From Candidatus Iainarchaeum sp. (GTDB taxonomy: Archaea > Iainarchaeota > Iainarchaeia > Iainarchaeales > DTGL01), in assembly GCA_038886995.1 (NCBI GenBank), contig JAWALG010000010.1, positions 1-27,744 of the forward strand: a stretch of 27,744 bases of DNA. The letters run 5' to 3'. Made by a program: the position numbers and the translations under genes. The notes beneath the pieces were generated by a model. That model had not been told where the DNA came from, ran no database searches, and saw nothing but the letters and a program-made list of their open reading frames with translations. Every line of letters begins with the position of its first letter. The first letter of the stretch is position 1. Shown in pieces: positions 1 through 8,171 of the stretch.

Positions 1-107
1 TAAGAATCGTGTGGGTTGCACTGACGCTAGCCTCTCTCGGTTTTGGAATAGTTCTCTATATTGCAGCATGGCTTCTTGTTCCTATGGGCCCAGAAAATGC
101 AAAATAA
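1..107 (+). CDS. pspC: PspC (phage shock protein C) domain membrane protein, 3' part (5'-truncated by window edge)
   Basis: Not in ORF track. Frame from position 3 reads RIVWVALTLASLGFGIVLYIAAWLLVPMGPENAK* (TAA 105-107), matching the PspC C-terminal pattern R-x2-[FW]V...G-x3-Y-x3-W-x3-P. Confidence 0.8.
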   Translation, partial: RIVWVALTLASLGFGIVLYIAAWLLVPMGPENAK

Positions 108-172
108 GCAAGTATGACGACCGAATGATTCCCTAAGTATTTTAATATGTTTTGTGCCAAAATGATAATTTA

Positions 173-907
173 ATGGATAAAGAATGGCTGCATTATAGCA
201 GAGGAGAATTCCTTAAAGGCCTTGAAAAGAAAGGCCTTAGAATCCACCTGATAACCCACCCGCTAATTCTTGAGGAGCTTACAAGGTTGAGGAATAAAAA
301 CACAAATCGCTTTGAATTTAGGCAGGCATTGCGGAGAATGGGGGAGCTTTTAACTTATGAACTTTTAAGGTTTGGGAAGACCAAAAAGGTGCCTTTGCAT
401 ACACCACTAGGGAAATCTCATGGTTATAAGCTTGAAGATGGCTATGTTGTGGTGCCTGTTTTAAGAGCAGGGATGCCAATTGCTGAAGGTTTCAATGCAA
501 TGATAAGCAGCGTTGAAATTGCGTTTGTTTCATGCTGGCGTGATAAGGACTTAAGTGTTGTTGTTGAATATGCAAAAGTTCCTGACATAAATAACAAAAA
601 TGTCATAATAATAGACCCAATGCTTGCAACAGGACACAGCTTATGCGCAGTCTATGAAACACTAAGAATGTTTGGCAGGGCAAAAAGTTGGAAGGTAATT
701 GCTGTAATTGCAAGCCCAGTCGGCCTTAAAGAAGTCAGCAAAACATTTCCAAAGGGCACAGATGTTTTTATCTGTGCTTTAGATGACGAAGTTAAAGGCA
801 AGGATTTCATAGGCCCAGGCCTTAACTCACATGGCTATATAGTGCCAGGCCTTGGCGACGCTGGCGACAGGGCCTATGGTGCACCTTTAAAGCTTAAACA
901 AAAATAG
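173..907 (+). CDS. upp: Uracil phosphoribosyltransferase
   Basis: Motifs HPLI..LT.LR, VPVLRAG, PRPP-binding IIDPMLATGHS and C-terminal GYIVPGLGDAGDR. ATG at 173 preferred over the TTG at 152. Confidence 0.95.
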   Translation: MDKEWLHYSRGEFLKGLEKKGLRIHLITHPLILEELTRLRNKNTNRFEFRQALRRMGELLTYELLRFGKTKKVPLHTPLGKSHGYKLEDGYVVVPVLRAGMPIAEGFNAMISSVEIAFVSCWRDKDLSVVVEYAKVPDINNKNVIIIDPMLATGHSLCAVYETLRMFGRAKSWKVIAVIASPVGLKEVSKTFPKGTDVFICALDDEVKGKDFIGPGLNSHGYIVPGLGDAGDRAYGAPLKLKQK

Positions 908-1201
908 TAAGCATTAAAATAGGCCTTCTTTTAATTACTATTCTGCGGACTAAATAATAGCAGTTCATTTTTTCCTTTTTACGCTTTGAGCGATTTCTTC
1001 GTCAAGTTTTAAGCTCTTCCTCGCTTAACTCGGCATCTTTGGGTGCCCCTTTTTGCCCAAAAAGTACAAAATACGATCCAACCATAAATGCAAAAGCCAA
1101 AACGAGAATAATGCCCATAATCTGTATACCAGTAAGGTATATTTCAAAATCAGAACCAACCCTTAAAAGCAAAAATGTTTCTTCAAAAATGGGGTTAAAA
1201 A

Positions 1202-1528
1202 TTACAAAGGCAGTACCACTAAAATAAAAAATACATAAAAAAATACGAGGATCTTAGCATAAAAAACCTTTTTCTCACTAACAATCTTTTCGTCGTAAAA
1301 AGGCCTTAGGCCATCTTCTGCATTTTTAGCACAGTTCTTGCACATTACACCGTTTTCTGTTACAAATAAGCATGCCCCACAAACTGCGCTTCCGCATTTT
1401 GGGCATTCATAAAGTGAAATGTCAAATATCGGCGGAAATCCTCTGTGTGCTGAGCACCAAGGATACAATATTGGCTTCCGAATAATAGACCATTTCTTTT
1501 CGGATTCGTTGTAAGGCTCATCGCTCAT
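1202..1528 (-). CDS. Cys/His-rich zinc-finger (B-box-like) membrane protein; probably frameshifted, with the coding region continuing to 1002 or 965
   Basis: C-x2-H...C-x2-C-x4-C-x2-C...C-x2-C followed by a hydrophobic segment. ATGA overlap with the upstream aminotransferase stop. A shifted frame continues as membrane-protein-like sequence to 1002. Confidence 0.65.
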   Translation of the reverse strand: MSDEPYNESEKKWSIIRKPILYPWCSAHRGFPPIFDISLYECPKCGSAVCGACLFVTENGVMCKNCAKNAEDGLRPFYDEKIVSEKKVFYAKILVFFYVFFILVVLPL

Positions 1529-2718
1529 TTCAAGGACCTTGTGAATTCCTCAATATTGTTGAAGGCCTCTTCAAGTACATCCAAAGGCGGAAGAATAACT
1601 GTGCGGAAATGCTTTGTGCCAGGCTTTTGCCCAAAACCAGAGCCGTGAACAACACAGACACCCTTTTCGCGCAAGAGCCCTAAAGCAAACTCCTTATCAT
1701 CTTTAACAGGGAGATCTATTTTTGGGAATGCATAAAATGCGGCATTTGGCTTTTCACAGCTTATGCCATGTATTTCATTTAATCTTTTTACAGAATAATC
1801 GCGCCTTTTTTTAAGTTTTTTAATTGCATCTTTTATATGCTTTTTGCTGCCTTCAAGAGCTGGCTTTATTGCATACTGGAAAGGATGCACTGCGCAAAGC
1901 CTTGCCCTTGCTAATCTCGAAATTGCATCCATTATATCAGAATTTTGTAGCAAGAACTCGTTTGGTGCAATCCAACCCATACGAAATCCTGTAGCTAAGT
2001 AATTCTTGCTCAGGCCATTTGCTGCAATAACTGGCACATCTTTTGCAATTGAACCCATGCAATAATGTCTTTCTTTTTCGTCAAGTAGCAGTTCGTCATA
2101 TATTTCATCTGAAAATATTACAAGATTATTCTCCGCTGCAACACTTATAATCTCCTCAAGTGTTTTTTTGCTGTAGTTTGTGCCTGTGGGGTTATTCGGA
2201 TTTATCACAACTATTGCCTTTGTTTTTTCATCTATATTTTTTCTTATGCTATCAATATCTGGCTGCCAGCCATGGCTCTCATCTAAATCATAATATTTCT
2301 CCTCTACATCATAAAAGGGCAAAGCTGCAGAGTAAACCGGATAGCAAGGCCTTGGCAGAAGGATGTTTTCGCCAGGGTTTGCAATGCAGCTCATCGCAAA
2401 CCAAATGAGCTCTGAAGAACCATTGCCAAGCAAAACGTTTTCAGGCTCAACTTTCATGCCTTTTTTCTTAAAGTTCTTTGCTATTGCTTCTCTTGCCTCT
2501 TTTATGCCTTCGCTTGGCGCATAACTTTCGCCTTTTTGCTTTGAGTCAAAAACAGCTTTCCATAGATGTTCCGGTGTCCTAAAATCGTACTTTAGCGGAT
2601 CACCGATATTCAAATAAAGAACTTTTCTGCCTTGTTTTTCCAGCTTTGAGGCCTCTACTACAATATCCCTAATAGCATAAGAGACCTTTTCAGAACGCTT
2701 TGATGCCTTGAAGAACAT
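1525..2718 (-). CDS. alaA: PLP-dependent class I/II aminotransferase, alanine aminotransferase (AlaA/YfbQ-like)
   Basis: N-terminal YAIRDIV and LNIGDP..DF.TP, plus INPNNPTG, SDEIYD and the PLP lysine motif NGLSKNYLATGFRMGW. Substrate inferred from the N-terminal motifs. Confidence 0.85.
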   Translation of the reverse strand: MFFKASKRSEKVSYAIRDIVVEASKLEKQGRKVLYLNIGDPLKYDFRTPEHLWKAVFDSKQKGESYAPSEGIKEAREAIAKNFKKKGMKVEPENVLLGNGSSELIWFAMSCIANPGENILLPRPCYPVYSAALPFYDVEEKYYDLDESHGWQPDIDSIRKNIDEKTKAIVVINPNNPTGTNYSKKTLEEIISVAAENNLVIFSDEIYDELLLDEKERHYCMGSIAKDVPVIAANGLSKNYLATGFRMGWIAPNEFLLQNSDIMDAISRLARARLCAVHPFQYAIKPALEGSKKHIKDAIKKLKKRRDYSVKRLNEIHGISCEKPNAAFYAFPKIDLPVKDDKEFALGLLREKGVCVVHGSGFGQKPGTKHFRTVILPPLDVLEEAFNNIEEFTRSLK

Positions 2719-2779
2719 ATTTTGAAAGATAACAGAAAGTAATTAAAATTAATCTGGAAGGATTATTTAAGGTGCTGTT

Positions 2780-2947
2780 ATGTCAAAAACAGAAAAAACA
2801 TCTGATTATGCTGTCTTTTTTATTCCAGCAGGCCTGTTTTTGGGTTTTGCTGCAGGTTTCTTATTAAACCAGTTGCCTGCAGGCATATTTGGCGGCCTTG
2901 GCTTGGGCTTTCTCCTTTTCGCAGCAGTGAAAGTGCTTGCTAAATGA
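2780..2947 (+). CDS. Small (55 aa) two-helix glycine-rich membrane protein
   Basis: Not in ORF track. AAGGTG SD-like site precedes ATG 2780. Reads MSKTEKTSDYAVFFIPAGLFLGFAAGFLLNQLPAGIFGGLGLGFLLFAAVKVLAK* with GxxxG repeats and a basic tail. Confidence 0.75.
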   Translation: MSKTEKTSDYAVFFIPAGLFLGFAAGFLLNQLPAGIFGGLGLGFLLFAAVKVLAK

Positions 2948-2970
2948 TCAGGCCTTTAATTGCAAAAAGT

Positions 2971-3032
2971 GGCTCAGGGTTGGATTGTCTCTTCACAGCT
3001 AACGCTCTGTCGGTGTTAACCTCATCATTGCC
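2971..3032 (-). ncRNA. Archaeal box C/D 2'-O-methylation guide sRNA
   Basis: Minus strand reads GGC-A-[ATGATGA box C]-GGTTAACACCGA-[CAGA box D']-GCGTTAGCT-[GTGAAGA box C']-GACAATCCAACC-[CTGA box D]-GCC-ACTTTTT. Both guides are exactly 12 nt, with a terminal GGC/GCC stem, a downstream oligo-T run and an AT-rich TATA-like upstream region. Confidence 0.88.
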
Positions 3033-3092
3033 TAAAAAAATTACTTTATTAAATATAATAAGAATATCGTTGAGAATTAACTGTATTGTAAA

Positions 3093-4637
3093 TTATTTTT
3101 TCTTAATCCTACTGAGCAGCATTTCCTTCAATGCCTTCGCATTCTGCTCATTCAGGCCATCGATATGGCCTTCTATAATTGATTGCGGGGCAACTGTTGA
3201 GACATGCACATCCCAGAGGCCAAATATCCTATCAAATATATCTTGGTCAACAAAAACGTTTTGTATGCGCTCAAAAGGAATTGTAATTTCTTTAACATTG
3301 AAGACACCTTTGCATATCAAAAGGCAGTCTTCAGTGAAGTTGTAATAGTAGCTCCTCAAATAATAAATTTCGTGAATATATGTTGCAATTGTAAGAAATA
3401 TTAGAATAAGAAACCCGTAAAGCAATGCTTGCATAAACCATTGCGGTGCCATGATTAAGCAAATTATGCAAATCACCAGGTATGCTATGGCAAGATAACA
3501 GGTTGACTTGAGTGTCTTCTTCAATGGCTTGCTTTTTTCTAACGGGTGCTTGCTGATGAGCGTTGGAGTTATTTCTTTTGTGCTGAAGCCCACATGTTTA
3601 AAAATTATGTCACGGAGCTGCAAGGCGTGGTCTAAAAGAAGCGCTGGTATTCTATTCATAACAGCCCTTGGCTGCTCACCTTTTTCATAGGTTTCGACCG
3701 CGCCTGTTTCAACGTGTAAGTTTGCGATACCAAAAGGTCTTTCAAAGACACCAATAGAAACTACAATATCCTGAATCTTTTCATAGGGTATGCTGACTTT
3801 TTCCAGTGCAAATAACTTATACTGTATTTCAAGTCGGGTTTTCCCTAAAAAATATGTTGTGCCAAGCAAGCGGATGGTGGGGTTTATTACGAAAGGTAAA
3901 AGAATAGAAATTAGAATCATCCCTCCTAGCGTTATCCATAAAGTACTAAATTCTGGTTTAAAAAACATGGCTGCTACAACTATTAAAAATATTATGATAA
4001 AGCAAAAAATAAGTGCTGACAGAACACCTTTTCTAAGCTGAATCGGAAAAATGTTTGGTTGCATTTTTTCTGCCAATTCTAAAGATTCTGAGTGTGTCAA
4101 ATGTTCTATTTCGGGGTGTTGGCCTTTATAAGACTTTGAAAAGCGAATCCTTCTGAGAACAGTTTCCTTAATGATATCTGCTGTTTTATGATCAAAGCTG
4201 GGCAAATTGCCAGCATAAGCTGAGAGTTGGCTCATTGTTACGATCTTCAATCTTTTCAGGCCTATTATTCTTTCAATTATTCCCTGGCTTTCAACAACAT
4301 CTTGTATATCAGAGTAAAGCAGCAAAGACCTCTTTTTTGCAATTATGCCACACTGGATTACAAGGCCTTCTTCTCCGATTTCAACCCATGTGTTTTTCAA
4401 TGTTAGATAATCCAAGGCAATAACCACAGCACAAAATCCTAACCCGAATAAAACAGTTAATAATATTGATATTGCTTGGTCAACATCTGTGCTGCTTTCG
4501 TAAGAAGAGGGAACAAATATTCTGAGAATTGAAAAAAAAGAAATAAAAAATAGGATTAATATTATTATAGGAAGATTTTTTAATAGATTTAAAAGTGATG
4601 GCTGATAACGCCTTTTAGAGTTGCTATGCTCTTCCAT
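3093..4637 (-). CDS. Membrane protein with three bacterial PH (bPH_2) domains, YdbT-like
   Basis: Three repeats of (two TM helices + domain) with cores YSDIQDV..SQGIIERIIGL, YEKIQDI..SIGVFERPFGI and FERIQNV..DQDIFDRIFGL. Confidence 0.85.
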   Translation of the reverse strand: MEEHSNSKRRYQPSLLNLLKNLPIIILILFFISFFSILRIFVPSSYESSTDVDQAISILLTVLFGLGFCAVVIALDYLTLKNTWVEIGEEGLVIQCGIIAKKRSLLLYSDIQDVVESQGIIERIIGLKRLKIVTMSQLSAYAGNLPSFDHKTADIIKETVLRRIRFSKSYKGQHPEIEHLTHSESLELAEKMQPNIFPIQLRKGVLSALIFCFIIIFLIVVAAMFFKPEFSTLWITLGGMILISILLPFVINPTIRLLGTTYFLGKTRLEIQYKLFALEKVSIPYEKIQDIVVSIGVFERPFGIANLHVETGAVETYEKGEQPRAVMNRIPALLLDHALQLRDIIFKHVGFSTKEITPTLISKHPLEKSKPLKKTLKSTCYLAIAYLVICIICLIMAPQWFMQALLYGFLILIFLTIATYIHEIYYLRSYYYNFTEDCLLICKGVFNVKEITIPFERIQNVFVDQDIFDRIFGLWDVHVSTVAPQSIIEGHIDGLNEQNAKALKEMLLSRIKKK

Positions 4638-4641
4638 AAAA

Positions 4642-5139
4642 TCACTTTTTTGAGGTCTTGATTTTCTCGAGAATCATTTTTTTCATAGCTTCTCCGTTCT
4701 CAAGACTCACGCCGTCAATGTGCGCCTCTTGGCCTGATAAGTAAGTTGCAGTAGAAACATGCAAGTCCCACAAATTGAAGATTCTATCAAAGATGTCCTG
4801 GTCAATGTAAACATCCTGTATCTTTTCATAAGGTAAAACAGTTTCTCTTGGGGCAAAAACGCCCTTTTTTATTACCAAGAAATCTTCTCTGATGTCATAG
4901 TAATATTTTTCGAAATATAGGGTTTGGTACCAGAAAAGAATCAGGATAATGACAACAATAAATAGAAGACAGGCAATGGCAGTAATAATTCCAGCCTGCT
5001 CAAAGCCAGACATAAATGGTAAAATTATGGCGGCTATAGCTAAAAGCAAAACCCAGAAAATAGAGCCAGCAATAGTTTTCTTTATAATTTTCCTTCTTTC
5101 AAGCGGAAACAGCCTAATTGTTGGACCTGCCTCGGACAT
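4642..5139 (-). CDS. Membrane protein with one bacterial PH (bPH_2) domain, YdbS-like
   Basis: Two TM helices, then KKGVF...LPYEKIQDVYIDQDIFDRIFNLWDLHVSTA. ATG at 5139 follows an AGGTG SD-like site, so it is preferred over the 5154 start in the ORF track. Confidence 0.85.
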   Translation of the reverse strand: MSEAGPTIRLFPLERRKIIKKTIAGSIFWVLLLAIAAIILPFMSGFEQAGIITAIACLLFIVVIILILFWYQTLYFEKYYYDIREDFLVIKKGVFAPRETVLPYEKIQDVYIDQDIFDRIFNLWDLHVSTATYLSGQEAHIDGVSLENGEAMKKMILEKIKTSKK

Positions 5140-5163
5140 AGTAGCACCTACCAAATATTTTCT

Positions 5164-5202
5164 TTATTTATTAAATAGTTTTCGGTTCAGTCTCGTTGAA
5201 CC
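5164..5202 (-). promoter_or_regulatory. Candidate promoter (BRE/TATA) of the bPH_2 gene pair with abutting inverted repeat GGTTCA-N7-TGAACC (5184-5202)
   Basis: Minus strand reads GGTTCAACGAGACTGAACC-GAAAAC-TATTTAATAAATA, about 25-35 nt upstream of ATG 5139. Confidence 0.5.
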
Positions 5203-5279
5203 TATTTGACCATAAGATATTGTATTTACTAAAGATTGTTTTTGACATAACTGCTAACATGTGATAATCATTTTTATGG

Positions 5280-6452
5280 TCACACTGAGCCAAGATGATT
5301 AAAGTAACTACTTGCGATTTCATAGAGAATATCTTCTTGACCCTTAAATACGATCCCCATTGTTTTCACAACGTTTTTGGCTACACCTAAGGGTATTGCG
5401 TAAACAAGATATTTCTCCCACAAAGCGATGTTGGTGGGCTGAGATTCCCTCAACGAGCTAAAGTCTTCCAAAAATGCTTTAAAATTCATCCAACGCTGAT
5501 AATGCAATACACCAAGTTCTGTCCTTCGTATTAATGCCTGCTTGAAAATTTTGGGTAGTAAAAATGGAACTAACACTGCGATGGAGAGCAACGCCAAAGA
5601 CAAAAAAAGCTCAGCCAAGCTACTAGAATTGTATCCAGTGTATTCACCTATTCCCATAAAAAACGATTGATACGCATACATCGATATAAAAACCAAAAAA
5701 GAAAAGTAAAAAGCATAGTATATAATCAGTGGCCAGTTATCTTTATAAAGCCCAATTTTCTCTACGTAATTCCTTACTTGCCTCTGCCAAATAATTATAT
5801 CATTATTCTGTGGATGGTCTAAGATCCTCTTCAATTCGCTAAATGTAATTTGCCCCCTCAAAGAGTATTTACTAATCCAATCTAAAACAGTCAATTCATC
5901 CAAGGGGAGTTTTTTTACTCTTCCCTTGTCAAGTTCGGACTCGTATTCCTGAGCTGATTTAAGGACTGTAATTTTATAATCTATTACTGTCCCATTCTTA
6001 TCCTTAATCTCACTTAGTGAAATAAAATTTTTCATACAAAGATCAAGTATTACTGCAACAATAGATTCCTTGGATGGCACGGAATCTTGGGAATTTAAGA
6101 TTGCCGAAACTACCGCGGGGCTATAATCATAGGGAGGTTCCCTCTCATATATGGCGTTGTAATTAACTTTTGGATCTCGCCCAAAGAGGAACCATAGATA
6201 TAGAAAAAGCAACACAAAAAAGATTATTCCTGAAAGAGATAATGCAAAGATAAGACTATAGAAAAGGGACCCTGTCTTAGTGTCCGTTTTACTCGGCATA
6301 TATTCTTTTGCTTGCCTCAACGCTTGCTGATACTCGATGTAGCTCTGATAATCAGTGTATGGCCAGTACCATCTAACATAAGCTTTTGCCACCCAAAGCA
6401 GGGAGATAAAGATAATAAGCAACAACAGTAAAGTCAAAACTCTTTTTTTCAT
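5280..6452 (-). CDS. DUF2207 family membrane protein (shortened form)
   Basis: FGRDP..Y...YEREPP.DYSPAVV, A.ILDL..K.FI, W.NFKAFLEDFS and LWEKYLVYAIPLGVAK.V are DUF2207 C-terminal motifs. Start is ATG 6452 or 6491. Confidence 0.8.
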   Translation of the reverse strand: MKKRVLTLLLLLIIFISLLWVAKAYVRWYWPYTDYQSYIEYQQALRQAKEYMPSKTDTKTGSLFYSLIFALSLSGIIFFVLLFLYLWFLFGRDPKVNYNAIYEREPPYDYSPAVVSAILNSQDSVPSKESIVAVILDLCMKNFISLSEIKDKNGTVIDYKITVLKSAQEYESELDKGRVKKLPLDELTVLDWISKYSLRGQITFSELKRILDHPQNNDIIIWQRQVRNYVEKIGLYKDNWPLIIYYAFYFSFLVFISMYAYQSFFMGIGEYTGYNSSSLAELFLSLALLSIAVLVPFLLPKIFKQALIRRTELGVLHYQRWMNFKAFLEDFSSLRESQPTNIALWEKYLVYAIPLGVAKNVVKTMGIVFKGQEDILYEIASSYFNHLGSV

Positions 6453-6514
6453 AAAATTACCATATATCCTAATTAATAAAAACTTTTTCATTTTTTTAAA
6501 CTATTTTTCATATG

Positions 6515-6868
6515 TTACAAAGCCAAAATATTCGGATTTAGCAAAAGGCCAAAAGCAAAAGAAACAGAATTTATTGCCAGCGACAGCACAAAGGCCTCAT
6601 TCAGCTTTTTGTCTAACGCATATGAAAGCATAAGCGTTTCCGTTATTATTACAAAGGCCTCTATTGCAAGAAGAAAATAGATGTTAATCTTTAGCAAGCC
6701 GAGGTTGTATGCAACAAGAACTATGTAATTTGCTAGTGGATTAGTTGCGAGATTAATTAGAAAAATAGCACGGAGCTCATGTCCTTTTCTATACCTAAGC
6801 AACCACGCAACAGCTAGCTCAATAATCTCTGTTAGGGCTAGCGCTGTTGCAAAGTTACTTATTAGCAT
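6515..6868 (-). CDS. Hypothetical four-helix membrane protein
   Basis: Hydrophobic ORF with motifs LALTEIIEL, INLATNP, IE..VI..E and N.VSF..GL. ATG at 6868 (track start GTG 6877). Overlaps the upstream gene end. Confidence 0.7.
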   Translation of the reverse strand: MLISNFATALALTEIIELAVAWLLRYRKGHELRAIFLINLATNPLANYIVLVAYNLGLLKINIYFLLAIEAFVIITETLMLSYALDKKLNEAFVLSLAINSVSFAFGLLLNPNILAL

Positions 6869-7070
6869 TCTTTTCACTGTGTTTTGCCTGCACCTTCTTT
6901 TGACCCTTTTTTTTGCTCAGCAGTATTATTACTACCACAGTGATAACAGCTATTACAACGCCAATTAATGCTACTAAGGCCAAGTCTGTTGGGGCTGGAA
7001 GCCCAACAATATCTGCAAGCACATTTTGTAGAACCGCAAAGTACGTAGGCAACAGAATCGAGTTTGCCAT
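6855..7070 (-). CDS. Small membrane-anchored hypothetical protein
   Basis: Hydrophobic N-terminus, ADIVGLP linker, TM helix and Lys-rich tail. GTGAT SD-like site precedes ATG 7070. Fills the gap in a tightly packed co-directional cluster. Confidence 0.6.
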   Translation of the reverse strand: MANSILLPTYFAVLQNVLADIVGLPAPTDLALVALIGVVIAVITVVVIILLSKKKGQKKVQAKHSEKNANK

Positions 7071-7085
7071 ATAGATCACGATATA

Positions 7086-8171
7086 TTAAGAGTCTTCGGG
7101 ATTTATAATTCTTTCATATAGCTTTAAAGCAAACAGAAGCACTAAGGCAGACACAAGCACAGAGAAAAAGATAACCTCTTTATTTCCAAAGAGTTTTCCA
7201 AAATCTGTAAAGAAAGGAAGAGCACCTGCCAAAAGAGCTGTGCAGGCAAGCCCAAAAGACAAGCCAGGCCTGTTCTCAAGCAAGTTTGCTATTGCAACCA
7301 ATGTTATTGGCATTGTCATGTTGAAGAGCAGCGCTCCAAATATTCCTAAAAAGGCAAAATCCCAGCCAAGATAAAGCAGAGGTGCAGAAACTAAAAGCCC
7401 AGTTACACCAAGCTTTATCCACCCTAACCTGTCACCAAGCATACCACCTATTGCTTTTCCAAGAGCAATGCATCCAACAAGGGCCCAGAGAAGTTGTGTA
7501 TTGTTTTTCCAAGGAAATGCCATCGCAAAGCCAATAAATGATCTTGCAGCTATAGCTAAAAGTAGAAGCATAAGAGCTATTGTAAGGAGATTTGCCTTTT
7601 TTTGGTCTAATACTTCTGAATGGCTATAAGCATATTTTGGTTGTGCTAAGAACAAAGCTAAAGTGGCTGGGGCAAAAAGCATAGATGCAAAAACAAAATT
7701 GTTGAAAAAACCCAGCTTTCCTGCCAAGATGCCAAAAAGCAGGCCAATTGCGCCCGGAGCAACAAATAGTCCTGGTGCTGAGGCCTTTTTAGGGTTAAGG
7801 TTTAAAGAGATAACTCCTCCACCAATATGGAACATAGCGTTTCCAATTCCAGCCAAAGATATTGCTGCTGCTATCCATGAAGGTGATAAAAATATTGCTG
7901 TTGCAGTTAAAATGATTCCTATGAAGGCAATTTCTTTTGGCTTTTTTGTTTTGTCTGCTATCCAGCCAAATGGTAGCTGGAATCCGAATGCAAGAACATT
8001 ATATAGTAAAACGAGGTATGCAAAATTAGCCAAGTTTTCGTTGGATGAACTCAAACTACTGAATATTATTCCAGCGCAAGCAGCATCCACTGCAAAATGC
8101 AAAAAGCCGTAAATAGATAAATTGCTGCCTAAATCAAAAGCTCTTGACTTGGTAAAGGGTTGAGCCGACAC
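7086..8171 (-). CDS. MFS-like multi-pass membrane transporter
   Basis: About 12 hydrophobic segments, HFAVD in TM1, and motif-A-like GWIADK and GGMLGDRLG loops in both halves. Confidence 0.75.
   Translation of the reverse strand: MSAQPFTKSRAFDLGSNLSIYGFLHFAVDAACAGIIFSSLSSSNENLANFAYLVLLYNVLAFGFQLPFGWIADKTKKPKEIAFIGIILTATAIFLSPSWIAAAISLAGIGNAMFHIGGGVISLNLNPKKASAPGLFVAPGAIGLLFGILAGKLGFFNNFVFASMLFAPATLALFLAQPKYAYSHSEVLDQKKANLLTIALMLLLLAIAARSFIGFAMAFPWKNNTQLLWALVGCIALGKAIGGMLGDRLGWIKLGVTGLLVSAPLLYLGWDFAFLGIFGALLFNMTMPITLVAIANLLENRPGLSFGLACTALLAGALPFFTDFGKLFGNKEVIFFSVLVSALVLLFALKLYERIINPEDS

Noticed and set aside
114-170. Second possible box C/D sRNA (ATGACGA, 12 nt, CTAA)
   Set aside because: No convincing C' box, no CTGA D box and no terminal stem. 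The region is better explained as the upp promoter.
2944-3345. 133-aa plus-strand ORF in the track
   Set aside because: Antisense to the bPH_2 gene end and the sRNA, with no domain-like features. Treated as a shadow ORF.
3150-4910. Similar segments in the two bPH_2 genes as a possible DGR template/variable repeat pair
   Set aside because: Differences are mostly synonymous or conservative and not adenine-specific, and no reverse transcriptase is present. Ordinary paralogy.
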